A DNA stretch of 64,000 nucleotides from Hemiscyllium ocellatum (Eukaryota). The notes under the pieces are model-generated. The model saw only the letters and a list, made by a program, of their open reading frames with translations, was not told where the DNA came from and did not search any database. The translations under genes and the position numbers were made by a program. Location of the stretch: the NCBI RefSeq assembly GCF_020745735.1, contig NC_083409.1, forward strand, positions 18,496,341 to 18,560,340, written 5' to 3'. Within the stretch, counting starts at the first letter, position 1; every line of letters begins with the position of its first letter. This document shows positions 47,751-60,499 of the stretch, one piece after another.

Positions 47751-48777
47751 TTTTATTGTTCGGGCATCGTGAAACAGCTGCCTTCGCATAACTATAGAGT
47801 ACTTGCACTGCAACTGACGATTGTGGGTAATTACTCCATCCATTGGCCATGAACAAACCCACAGTCACCCCACTGGATTTCAGTGGGAATGACCTGTCAG
47901 TTGCTTCCTTGATATTACTTGATTCACCACCATTCTCTCCAGGGCAATTAGGGAAGGACTGACACATCAACGCCTGCCCCCACATCCCAGGAGAAATCAA
48001 AATAAATGGCGGATAATTCAAATGATCAAACTGGTGAGGCTTGAATTCATCTCTTTGAAAGATTGGAGTCTCGGCCAGAAATAGAGCCATGACATGGGTG
48101 AACCTGGTTTGTCAGACAGGAAGGTGGAGTGTCCTTCAGATTGGCACGGGGATCAGCAAAAACTGAATTACACTCAAAGATCTACTAAATGGCTATCAAA
48201 GCATGTCCCAATCTGCAGAGAACAGCACTTTAGGCTTCGCGTCCCCATCTCCATCCTTGCTTGTTGCCCTTCCCTAACTGTCCTGGAGAGGGCAGTGGTG
48301 AGCCATGAATTTCTCGAAGAGGATCTGACAGAGGGACAAGGTCATGTCCTCGGCCTGAGCACAACTGCCTGACCTGCTGTGCTTTTCCAGCGGCACACGT
48401 TTTGACTCTGAGCACAACTATCCCTCAGGAGAATGAGCTGTGACACAAGAGGAAACGTGGAATTGTTGGAAAGGCACCAGCAGCCTGGTCAGCCTGCAGA
48501 GGGGCAGAAACAGATTTGATGAATGAGCTGATATCCTCCCGAGCTGAGATGCAAACTCAGGCCTTCAGAGCCACACAGTTTACATTGTTACTGACCGTGG
48601 CTCCATGGGCAATGTTCCTGCCTCATAGTCAAAAGATAATCAGATTGAAAGCCACCTCAGAAATGAGAACACAGAATCCAGGCTGAGACTGTGGTGCACT
48701 GCTGAAAGTTGCACAGTCTCTGGCACCATCATTTGAGGCTCCACCACCACAACAGGGGACTTGACAAGATCCCATTC

Positions 48778-49290
48778 TGTACAGGAGTTGGGAGGTCATG
48801 TAGCAGTTGTACAGGCCACTGTTGGAATATTGTGTGCAATTCTCGTCTCTTCCTATTGGAAAGATGTTGTGAAACTTGAAAGGGTTCAGGAAAGATTTAC
48901 AAGGATGTTGCCAAGGTTGGAGGATTTGAGCTACAGGGAGAGGCTGGACAGGCTGGGGCTGTTTTCCCTGGAGCGTTGGAGGCTGCGGGGTGACCTTATA
49001 AAGGTTTACAAAATTATGAGGGGTATGGATAGGATAAATTGGCAAAGTCTTTTCCCGGGTGTCGGGGAATCCAGAATGAATGGGCATAGGTTTAGGGTGA
49101 GAAGGGAAAGATATAAAAGAGACCAAAGGGGCAAATCTTTCACACAGAGGGTGGGATGTGTATGGAATGAGCTGCCAGAGGAAGTAATGGAGGCTGGTAC
49201 AATTGCAACATTTAAGAGGCATCGGGATGGGTATATGAATAGGAAGGGTTTGGTGGGATATGGGCCGGGTGGTGGCAGGTGGGATTGATT
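48778..49290 (+). mobile_element. Relatively young CR1 3' fragment
   Basis: ORF 48761-49288 LERVQERFTRMLPRLEDLSYRERLDRLGLFSLERWRLRGDLIKVYKIMRG. Confidence 0.9.
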
Positions 49291-51769
49291 GGGTTTTGGT
49301 ACAGATTAAAGATAAATGGCCAAAGGCTAAGAGGGAACATAAGGAAAGCGTTTTCGCCCGGAGGGTGGTGGCAGTCTGGGACTCACTCCCTGTAAGGGTG
49401 GTTGAGGCAGAAGCTCTCCCATAACATTGATGTACTTTGATGTGCAACTATGATGCCAAGGTATACAGGGCTACAGGCCAAGTGCTGGAACATGGAATTA
49501 GAATAGTGAGGTGATTGTTTTGACTGGCTTTGGCTCTTGGGCCGAAGAGCCTTGTTCTTGTAGACCTGTTGTAGATGTCTGACTCTGCGAGGACTCCAGC
49601 AATGTGGCTGACCCTTACCTGCCATTTGAGTAAGCCACTCAATTTCAGGGCAGTTTGGGATGGAGAACAAATGCTCGTCTTGCCAGTGACACCCTCATCC
49701 CAACCTCAGTGATAGCACCGTCACCTGAACCTGCAGGTTTCAAGCCCCACTCCAGACACTGGGGCACTATCCTGAGGCTGGCAAAGGCAAAGACGCCATC
49801 TGCTGGATGATCGGTTAAACCACTGCCCTCTCAGGTCGATGTGAATATAAGGTATTTGAGACCATTTCAGGGAAAATCTCCCCAGTGTGCTGACCAATGC
49901 TTCTCTTATAACCAATGGCATTAAAACAGATACATAAATAAAATACTGCAAATCTCAAATAGAAGATCGATGCTGGAGAAAGGCAACAGGTGCAGCCTCT
50001 GTGGGGAGAGGAGGAGTTAATTTTTTGTTTTATCAAAAAGGCAGCACATTTTTATTTTATTTTATTTTAAGTTGTCTTACATTATTTTATTTAAATCTCG
50101 TTGAAAAAAAATTAGCCTGCTTGATTGGTACCACATCCACACACATCCATTCCCTCCACACCGACGCTCAGTAACGGCTCTGTGTACTATTTACAAGATG
50201 CACTGCAGAGATTCACCAAAAATCCTAAGACAACATCTTCCAAAGTCATGATTACTTTAATCAAGGACAAAGGCAGCAGATACAATGGGAACATCACCCC
50301 AACAAGTTCCCCCCAAGCCATTCACTAGATTGACTTGGAATTATAACACTGTTCCTACATTGTCACTTGGTCAGAATCCTGGAATTCCCTTCCTAAATGC
50401 ATTGTGGATATACCTACAGCACACAGACTGCAGGGGTTCAAGAAGGCAGCTAATCACCACCTTGTTCAGGGCAATTATACATGGACAGTAAAAAGGCTGG
50501 GAAAATAAGAGTAGGCGTGCTTAAGGACCAGAAAGTGAGACTGTGATGTTTCAGTTTTTCCTGAACATTGGTGTGACCACATCTCAAATACTGAGGGTAG
50601 TTTGATCTCCTTATTGAAGGAAAAATATAAATGCATTGGAAGTGTTTCAGAGGAGTTTTACTCGATTGATCCCTGGAATGAGTGGGCTGTGTGATGAGGA
50701 AAGGTTGGAAAGACTGGTCTTGTTCTCAGTGGAGTTTAGAAGAGTGAAGGGTTTTCCTATCCCACAGTATTCTCCAACTCCCTATCTGCCTCCCTCATGG
50801 GTCATATCTTATTGAACTGTGCTGTCCTGAGGCCGATAACTTCCTTCTGGAACAAAGTCTCCGGGTATCTCCGCCCCTCCCAAATGTATCATTTTCTTCA
50901 ACTCAGCCTCCAAGTGGGAGTTCCGGTAGTACATATATATAGTACATATACTACACATGTATTTACGCTGAATAATTTCAATTTAATAAATATATTGAGC
51001 TCACTTACAAATGAAAAATATCCATTCCTTCATTGGATCAGTAATTGTCTTCAATCTCTGTTTTGAAGTTTCAGTACTTTCAATTTATAAACCTTCCCTA
51101 ATGGACATGTCCTGAAGCAATCTATTTAGACAGTCTCTCATACAGAACAATTCCCAGCTGATCTGCTTACCAGACTACTATTCTCTTGTTTATCATTTTG
51201 TTTCATTCAAACCAAGTGCATGTGCAGGCTCCCAGCAGCTGAAGTGACAGTTCCAAATCAGTTTGGAAAAGCAAAGGTAGGCTCCGTCCCCGAATTCTCC
51301 GAACTTCCACACTGAGCAAACTTCCCAGCATTCCCCTCTGTGTTGGCTGCACTCAGTGCTAGCTGCAGTATTAAGGCTGCCCTGTATTTATTCTGTTTCT
51401 GATTTATATCACTCCATTCTGTTGTGCTGGATCTCGGTTAAGCTCACTAATTTCTCAGTTGAGAGCTTCCTTTCTTCAGCCTGAGAGAGACATTACATGT
51501 GCAACCAGCAAATGGGACTTCAATGTTGGAATCTGTTTTCAGGATTGATGGGCTCGATGGTTTGATTCAATGAGATGAGATATGAAGTACCTGTGACTCT
51601 TGTTGCAATCCACCCTTCTCTGTCTAACCTCTTCAGGAGTCGTCATTTCAGGTGTAACCCTTCTTCAGGACTCAGGGTGGGTGTTGGGGGAGCTGTGTGG
51701 TGAGGTGAGGATAGGTTGAGAAAGGTAGAGAGTATGACCTGATTGGTTGATGGGAGAGATGAATCTGGA

Positions 51770-53975
51770 TGGCGTTATCGCGAATAATATGAAATTGAGT
51801 AATTTTGGTGTGGGGGGGGGCAGCTGACAGGGATGTTCCCTGTTGCCCCTACTGTTTACCTTGGTACTTGAACCACTGGCAGGGACTGTCTGAAAAGACC
51901 CTGAAATAACGGCACCGAAGGTGGGAGTTGTGGAAACAAAAATCACTCTCTATACGGACAACGTCCTCCTGTTTTTAGCTAACTCTGAAAAGTCCATACC
52001 CTGGCTAATAAAAAAACATTAAATTATTCGTCAACTTTTCAGGATACAGAATAAATTTTCCAAAATCGGAAGTCCTGCCTGTGGGGGGATTGGTGCAGGT
52101 ACTGAAGCTGGAGGACGGAATGGAGTTTCCTTTTAGATGGTCACAGAAAGGTTTTCCCTATCTGGGAATTTTTATTACCCCTCACTTCCCGCAACTGTAT
52201 GGAGCTAACCTTGTGTCGCTGTTTGAGAGGGTAAAGCAGGACTTGCAGCGATGGAAGGGAATACCCAGATCATGGCTCGGCCGTATAGCCTTGATTAAAG
52301 TGAATGTTGTTCCTTGGTTGTTATATCCTGTGAGGATGCTCCCTTTGTTATTACCCAACCAGGTGCTGCGGAGGTTTGCGGGATGGCTTGGGTCATTTAT
52401 TTGGTGCTGTCGGCACAACTTAATTAAATTTACCAAGTTGCAACTTCCGCAGGATATGGAGGGTGGGCGGTGGACTTCCCAGATCTGAAGAGTATCAAAG
52501 CAGCACCCTGTTGCTATATGTAGGTGAATGGGTGCGTAATGACTCAAAGTCGATGTGGCTTGATGCAGAGGCCTAGCAGGTGAGATGTCCCTTTAGAAAC
52601 GTACTGTTCATGGACAAGATGAGATCGGTAGGTGCGCATTGTGAAAGTCTGATTATCATAAATACGGTAAAGATGGAGGATAATGCGGCAGGGTGGAGAC
52701 TATTTGTAGTTACCCCGTTAGTGGGAGCCCCAGGATTTAGACTGGGATCAAAGGACTCCAGCTTCAGAGCATGGGAGCATAATCGAATCCCCTGTCTGGG
52801 AGATTTATTTGACTGAGGGGTCTTGATGTCTTTTCGCCAATTAGGTCAGAAATACGAAATCCCTAATTGGGATCTTTTCCGATATTTCCAGGTTAGGGAT
52901 TACATACAGAAGAAGACTACGTTTTTGGCCCAGCCCAACAAGTCGGATATAGAATGAAGAGTGCTCCGATGAGGGGGCACTCTTTCAGTTAGTACCTCAT
53001 ATCATCTGCAGAGAGGGAATGCCGTGGGGGAATTGGAGAGAGTCAGGGAGATTTGGAATCAGGAGGTAAGGGAAGAAATCTCATCAGAAATGTGGGACAA
53101 TGTATGAGGGAATGTAAAAAAAAATTCAATCTACAATAAGGCACAAGCAATGCAATTGAAGATCCTCCCCAGGACCCAAATGGAGCCAGAGAGGTTAGCA
53201 AAGTTTAAGAAAGGGTCTTCCCCGAAATGTCCCAAATGTAAAAACAGTATTGACATCCTTACACATTGCTTTTGGTCCTGTTACAAGATCCGTGAATCCT
53301 GGGGGGGGCCATAGTGAATGAACTGGAGACAATCCTGGGAATGGAAGTTTGGGAGGATCTGGTGTCTCTCCTTTTGGGAACGACCAAAACTTCCCTCTTT
53401 GGGTGAGCACGGGAAGAGGTTATTCAACATTCTTACACATTGTGTGAGGAAGGACATCCTAATGAATTGAATATCAGCAAAGCCTCCAGGTCTTTCAAGG
53501 TGGCACAGACTTGTGATGGAGCACGTCCCTCAAGATTACCTGACAGTATGGGGCACCACGGAATGGAGCAATTTTATAAGACATGGCGGCCCTTTCTAAT
53601 TTACATCAACATGGATCTGTCGGCAGTACTGATTAGGGCCTTTATAGAGGCACGAGGGCTGTATGTGGTGGTCCGGGGATCACGGGAATTTGGTGGGTGG
53701 TCTCATAAATATGGGTATAATCACTGTTGTTCCTGTGGACAGGAGCTTTGATGGAGAGTGCGGCAAGTGGAGTCGTGTAATATAGTACAAGTAGTGCAAT
53801 TTAATTTTAATGGATTGTACTTAAAGTTAGTGTTATTTTATTTAATTTGAGTTTGTGCTGATTTGTTTTAAGTTAAGCAAAATTTGAGACAACTGTATCT
53901 TGAACAGTAGCCGGCGGTTTATTCACATTACTGTATTATAAGATAATTATTTTCAATAAATATTTACTAAAAAAA
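51770..53975 (+). mobile_element. 5'-truncated degenerate L1-clade LINE
   Basis: RT motifs QGCSLLPLLF and ITLYTDNVLLF; FPYLGIFI and WLGRIALIK (ORF 52081-52488); C-terminal CPKC...HCFWSC; AATAAA 53955-53960 and A-run 53969-53975. Confidence 0.88.
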
Positions 53976-54823
53976 GAGGAACATTCGAGAAAATTAACAG
54001 ACAGAAGCACCATGCAATAGAAATGATCAAGAGTGGTGAGAAAGGAGGGAGAAAAAGAGATTCCTGTAGTATGGAGAGAGAGAGAGAGAGCAAAAGAGAA
54101 TGAGTTCTGAAGGGGAGAGAGAGAGAGTTCTGAATGAGAGAGAGAGAGAGAGTTCTGAAGAAGTTCTGAATTAGTGCAAGTGATCTCAAAAGCTGCTCAA
54201 AGTTTTCAACGTTTTCCTGAAAATCACAAATACAGTCCATTTACATGAATAAAAATCAATTGTCCTTTCTGAAATAATTTAAAACCAAAAAATAAAATCA
54301 AGACTTATAATGAAGTAAGTGCAAGTATTTAAAATCCTCAATACTTCTGCCTTCCACTTCAGTCATGCAGATATAGTCCTCCTCACTCAGAGGGAGTATT
54401 CAGTGTCTGGTATCAGCCATTGTTCAGAGTCTCAGAGCTAACATACACCAAACACATATCATCGCACCACTAGATATACTTTTTAAAAAGGTAAACGTAG
54501 GTGTAAATACAATAACAAAATTAAATGTGCAATCTTCTTTGAATTCAAGTCCATGCTACAGTTTGGATAAATAAATGGGATCGGGTTGTATATAAATAAG
54601 ACAGGAGAAAGGTTGGCACTTTTGGTATCCACATCCTGCCAGTCGGCTGACTCCAGTAAGGATCGATATCCCAAACCACCTACTTATTGAGGAAATTCTA
54701 TGCCAGATGTCAAAACTCAATCAGAGAGAGGAGTTTAGAGGCCGAGGTGGATTCTCCTCTGCTCGGGTCATGAGGTTTGGTTTTTTTCTGGAGTCCACAA
54801 GTTGGCCGATGGCATGGCCCATG

Positions 54824-54988
54824 TTAGGATAACATGAGTCTTAACTGTTGCCCCTGAATCTGATTCAGTACATTTATTGTGTCTTTTATCAGAACTTCAA
54901 AAATATAATCTGCCAACTGCATCTTCACACAAAGCTCATCCTCATCATAATTCACCCATTGGGCTTCTTCCTCATAAAGCTCTTGAAC
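54824..54988 (-). CDS. CEP350: CEP350 terminal coding exon
   Basis: Acceptor TTTTTTCTGGCAG; VQELYEEEAQWVNYDEDELCVKMQLADYIFEVLIKDTINVLNQIQGQQLRLMLS* (TAA 54824-54826). Closely matches the recalled human CEP350 C-terminus VQELHEEEAQWVNYDEDELCVKMQLADGIF. Confidence 0.92.
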   Translation of the reverse strand, partial: VQELYEEEAQWVNYDEDELCVKMQLADYIFEVLIKDTINVLNQIQGQQLRLMLS

Positions 54989-57151
54989 CTGCCAGAAAAA
55001 ACAGAGGGGGTGTTATTGTTTTTATATCAAGATTTATTTGTTACAGCTCTTTCCTCTCGTACTGAGCAGCGTTTGCCCTGAAATCACTCAGACTGCAGGC
55101 CTCCCACTTTTCTTGTGTCCAGTATCACACAAGTGGCTATTCCCACACAGCAAGTGGAGCTTGGACAGGAGTTCTGGAGGGCTCGCTGCGAGATCAATGG
55201 AGAGTCACTAGTTATTCTTGTACAAAACAATACCAAGTCTGAGAAGGTTAAGGACTGGCTACATAAATTAGGGCTGACCTGAATATTTCCAGCATTTTTT
55301 ACTTCTATTTGATAAACGAGGCCTGCATTCTCTTGAGTAAAGATGACTAGGGAATGGATCTATAGAAGTGACTGAGATGATTAAATGATTTGACAGCGAA
55401 GGAAGTGAGAAACTAGTTCCTTTAGCGAGGCATGCCAGAAATAGGGCATGCAGGAAAATAAGACTTAGGTTGATTAGGGGGATGATGTGAAGAAGCCTAT
55501 TGTCACACAAACAATACTAAAATAATCTGGTTCCTTCCAGCCTTAAAAACTATTGTGACTGTTACAGCATTTCAATACGAGTGTTGACAGATATTTGTAA
55601 GGTCAAATAACAGTTCGGAAAAATTAGGAGATCAATATACAGAGGTAGATACAAATCAGCTATGATTAGGAGTATGAGAACAGACTGAAGGGTGCTGCTG
55701 GCTTAATCCTGTTCCTACCTGGTTTTGAATTTGATTCCAATGCCACAACTCCTCAAACCAGTGAGATCAATCACCAATATTGCCAGTTACATAATAAACG
55801 AGTGGAGATGTTTTTTCTTAGTATGCACAACCAGAAAGGAATACGCACCACAAGGAAAGAGCTGGTGAGTGTAACTGAATTACATGTTTTAACTTTAGGC
55901 TGGCCCTCTGCCCTGGTGTAGCTGTGGCCTGACGTATCACTACTTGAGCTGGTCCAGAGCAGAGACTTCCAACCCTTGCCTAATGGACGCACACTATCAG
56001 CTGGAAATGTTTGATCCAAAGAGGGAAAAAAAGCAATGATTTGAATTTTTTGGCGTACCAAGCACCCAATTTTTTAAAACTTCAGTGTTGGGATGCATGT
56101 TGCCCCCATTTCTCCACGGAAAGATAATTTGTCTTGAAGTGCTGCAGCCTGTGTGTTGAAGGTACTCCCACAGCACTGCAAGCTCAGGGATTCCAGGAGA
56201 TTAACCATGTAAATATAAAAGGAAAGGTGATATCTGACCAAGTCAAGATGGTGGTGTGGCCTGAAGATAACGGTGTTCTTACAAACCTGTTAAACTCATC
56301 AATTTGCTGACACATGTTGTGCTGTGACACACCAACAGATGGGAAGGACTGGAAAGGTCTGCAAAAACTGTCTTCTAATTTTTCTATACTTTTGATTTTG
56401 GACTCAAATGGGAATAAAGCAATTTTAAAACTCAAGGATTGTTCAGGGATTGCTGGCACTTTTCAGTAGCAAGTTCCCTGACACACACTAAGTGCTGCTC
56501 ACTTTCAAACAAGCTCCAGCCAAGGGCTGTGTTCAACGGGAGCTTCAGTCAATAGTAAGTAGCTAACTAGTCACTAGGCCACAGACAAATATCCTTCAGA
56601 CAACAACGGAGATTGTCTCCCAGGTAACTGATCAGCTGGGGCTGTATACAAGTGAATTGAGAAATCACCAGATCTCCACAAGTTAAGGATCTGTCTCTGC
56701 AGTAAAAAGCCTGAAGAAAACCAGCTTCTTTTCCCTTCAGCACTTGCTGTAAGCTGTGGCTATTAATTGATAAGTCGCAGACTTGTACACGTGTGAACTA
56801 GTCACCCTGTGCCTCCTGAAAACAAATGGAAGCATCTGGAGAAGGAAGATCAAGGAACAGCATTTTGATCAGCACAAGGATTATCTCAAGAAAAGCCATC
56901 AATAGGTACCATGGAAGTACATTCCCAGTCTTTCTCTTTATGCAAAACACCCAGTGCACTTTGTCCCTGTTTTCTGTCTGTGTATGTGTAATGAGGAATG
57001 CATGTGGGAGGGGTTGTAGTTTTAGTTAGTAGTTATATGCCAGTGGTTGGTAATTATTTGCATTTTTTTGTAACAAACTGTAACTCTTGTTAAGCAAAGA
57101 ACCCTGACCTGTACTTTCTGTAAAACTGGGTCTAAAAGACAGGTAAGTGAG

Positions 57152-57306
57152 GAACCAAGAGAGAAAATGCTGGACAATCTCAGCAGGTCTGGCAGCATCT
57201 GTAAGGAGAGAAAAGAGCTGACATTTCGAGTCTAACTGATTCTTTTCTCTCCTTACAGATGCTGCCAGACCTACTGAGATTTTCCAGCATTTTCTCTTCT
57301 GGTTTC
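57152..57306. repeat. Long hairpin formed by inverted short Penelope-type element halves, in the last CEP350 intron
   Basis: 57152-57216 is nearly the reverse complement of 57241-57306; the loop keeps GACTCGAAATGTC (-), a hammerhead 3' half. Confidence 0.8.
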
Positions 57307-57618
57307 AGATTCCTGCATCTGCAGTAATTTGCTTTTATTAGGTAGTGAGGAATTCAATGTACTTCTGAATTTCTTTGAAACTTTTGTGGCAACTAATGAA
57401 TTTCAGCAAATTACTCCAGCGACGGCCAAGTTTTCAATTCAGTCAGAAAGTTGAAGCATTTTCTGGACAAATGCAGGATAGCCAGACAGGTCAGCCAAAG
57501 GCAGATAAAGCCTTTGTCATTTAAAATAATAGAAAATTCAGATGTACGATGAGGTGTTCATAATTGTGATGCAATGGTACAATATAAAACTGAACAGTTC
57601 CTAAACTGAAGCACCTAC

Positions 57619-57741
57619 CAAAATATGGTCCACCCGATCACGTTGTTTGGTGCCAAATTTCTTCAACTTCTGCCAAGTCGTCTTCTGATGTTGCTCTTCA
57701 TTCAACCCAAATAACTTCAAAACTTCATTAGAAATGAAGAT
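57619..57741 (-). CDS. CEP350: CEP350 coding exon (penultimate)
   Basis: Acceptor CTTCTACCCACAG, donor GTAGGT; 123 nt, phase 0/0; IFISNEVLKLFGLNEEQHQKTTWQKLKKFGTKQRDRVDHIL. Confidence 0.92.
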
Positions 57742-59469
57742 CTGTGGGTAGAAGCACAGGAGAAATGGCAGCTGTTGCACACACCCTAAATACACAGACA
57801 AACCCACTCCCAATCCATTATTCTTCCCTAAAACTGCTCAACGAAGACTTTGATGCTTCGACCTTCTGCTTCTTCCCCCATTCAGAATGATGTAAAATTG
57901 GATGGAACTCAAAGCGTGTTCAATGAAACAAAAATCTGCTAAATGCTTTCAAACTTAATTATAACTGAAATGAATAACATTAGTGAGATCCAAAAGCACA
58001 GACAATACAACTTTAAGGTAACATGCGATGCTCCCAAATTGAGAGAAGGTTTGACATGTTCCTTTGCCTAAGACCTCGGCTGAGAAATGATTAATTATTC
58101 ACTGCATTACATGGTTCAGCACTTTGCCTACAGCATCTGCGAAGAAGACTCTGCTTCGTCAAATTCCAAAAATGTTCTGTCTTTAATTGACTGTAGGCAG
58201 CCAACTGAAGATCAGCGCTGTGGGAAGTCTCACAATAAATATTGGGGCTGACATGGATTCATACAGCACTCCCAGCATTTCAGGATGGTCAAATCATTCT
58301 CAATTTAACAGATGAGTGCTTCAAAGCTATATGACCTAGCCACTGACCACTGCCTCACATGGCTCCAGGCAGGAAGATTTTGATAGGTTTCTCGGCTAAC
58401 ACCATCAAAGGCAAGTAACATGCACAGAAATGTTGGTGTGTGAAACAGTTCAGACTGAAGATACATTCGAGTCGAGTTATAAAGACAAAGCAAAGGAAAT
58501 GAACAGTTCCAAATTTGCTCTGTGGATGAAAAGCTGATTTACACATGCCCATTCTCAGTCCCTGGCAAAGTGCAACACTTCACAAACTGTGCACAAGGGG
58601 AAGTCAGGCTAGACATTGAGCAGCTTGATGTTGACTTTAGACTGTGGTAAAAAGTTCACATTGCAGTGTTGCAAGTCTGAGTTACTGGAAGGAGTCATCC
58701 AGTGTACACTTCAATGTCAGTGCCACAGTAAAATAGAAGTTGCATTGTTGGAATTGTAAAGAACTTGGTCTACATGCTGGACAATACTTTGTAACCAATG
58801 CTCAAGTCACCCACCTTAACCTCAAATTGTCAAAAACAACACATCACTTATCTCACTTGTACCATGTTGTTCCCAACCTTTGAAGTACAGCCACTATTAT
58901 AATATCATCAAAAGCTGCAACAAACTTTCACACAGCAAGTTCCCACAAATTAGAGAAATTGTTCAGTAAACGCTGAGCCATAATGACTCATGTAGTAGAT
59001 TGACCAGGACCATGAGGGAGAACTTCACTCCTCTTCAAAGTAGCACTAAAAATCTTTTTTTAAAAACTCACCCAAGGGGGAAAATGGGGCCTCACTTTGA
59101 AAACAATACTTCAGTACTGCACCAGGACTGTCATCCAGGACTTCACTTCAGCGTTTGCTTAATCCCCTCTGCTGACTGAGGAAGAGTGCCACTGAGCCAT
59201 AGCTAACACTCAGAGCTATTACATTGTGTCTCCAGTTTGGAGTAAAATGAGCTTCCTCGAGGATCAGAATAAAATGGGGTTCCTCAGTTCCTGACCTTAC
59301 TTCCATCATAAGGTCAGAAGTGCGGATGGTTGCACAATATTCAGTACCATTCATAGACTGTTTCAATATCTGAGGAGTTATGTTCAAAGGCAACAAGGTC
59401 TGGACAATATGTAGGTTTGGACTGACAAGAGGTAAATAATATTCGGACCAAAACTGCCAGTCACTGACC

Positions 59470-60490
59470 ATTCCCAGTAGGAGGCCTGTGACCAGTGGTG
59501 TGCCACAAGGATCGGTGCTGGGTTCACTGCTTTTCGTCATTTACACAAATGATTTGGATGTGAACATGGAACATAGTATGGTTAGTAAGTTTGCAGATAA
59601 CACCAAAATTGAAGGTGCAGTGGACAGTGAAGAAGGTTCAGAATACAACAGGATCTTGTTCAGATGGGCTGAGGAGTGGCAGATGAAGTTTAGTTTAAAT
59701 AAATGTGAGGTGCTGCATTTTGGAAAGGCAAATAAGGGCAGGACTTATACACTCAATGGTAAAGTCCTGGGGAGTGTTGCTGAGCAAAGAGACCTTGGAG
59801 TGCAGGTTCATAGTTCCTTGAAAGTGGCGTCACAAGTAAACAGGATAGTGAAGGTGGTGTTTGGTATGTTTGCCTTTATTGGTCAGAGCATTGAGTATAG
59901 GAGTTGGGAGGTCATGGTGCAGCTGAATAAGACACTGATCAGGCCTCTTTTAGAGTATCCTGAGCAATTCTGGACTCCCTGCTCTTGGAAGGATATTGTG
60001 AATCTTGAAAGGGTTATGCAAAGATTTACAAGGGTGTTGCCAGGGTGGGGGGTTTCTGGTACAGGAAGAGAATGAATTGGTTGGGGTTACATTCCCTGGA
60101 GCACCAGAGGCTGAGAGGCGAATGTGAAAAGATTTATAAAATTATGAGTGGTATGGACAGGGTAAATAGACAAGTCTTTTCCCTGGTGAAGTCAATTCCA
60201 AAAATAGAGGGCATAGGTGAGAGGGGAAACATTTAAAAGGTACGTAATGGGCAACTGTTTCATGCAGGGGGTGGTGTGTACATGGAATGAGTTGCCAGAG
60301 GAAGTGGAGGGAGCTGGCATAATGGCGATATTTAAAAGGCATCTGGTGGCGGATATGAATTGGAAGGGCTTAAAAGGGAAATGGACCAAATGCTGGCAAA
60401 TGGGACTAGATTTTATCTCGGATAACTGGTCTGTATGGACAAGTTGAACCGAAGGGTCTGTTTCTGAGCTGTACATCTCTACGACTCTAA
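59470..60490 (+). mobile_element. CR1 RT/3' portion in a CEP350 intron (antisense to the gene)
   Basis: ORF 59488-60075 SGVPQGSVLGSLLF...KFADNTK. Confidence 0.92.
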
Positions 60491-60499
60491 GAGACAATT

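Noticed and set aside
47629-48090. 153-aa minus-strand ORF
   Set aside because: Spans LINE and short-repeat fragments; no recognisable domain or splice structure.
48629-49447. Longest ORF in the window (272 aa, -)
   Set aside because: Antisense reading of a CR1 RT fragment.
55822-55864. 43-nt plus-strand micro-exon candidate (TTCTTAG...CTG|GTGAGT)
   Set aside because: Antisense within the last CEP350 intron, with no partner exons or recognisable peptide.
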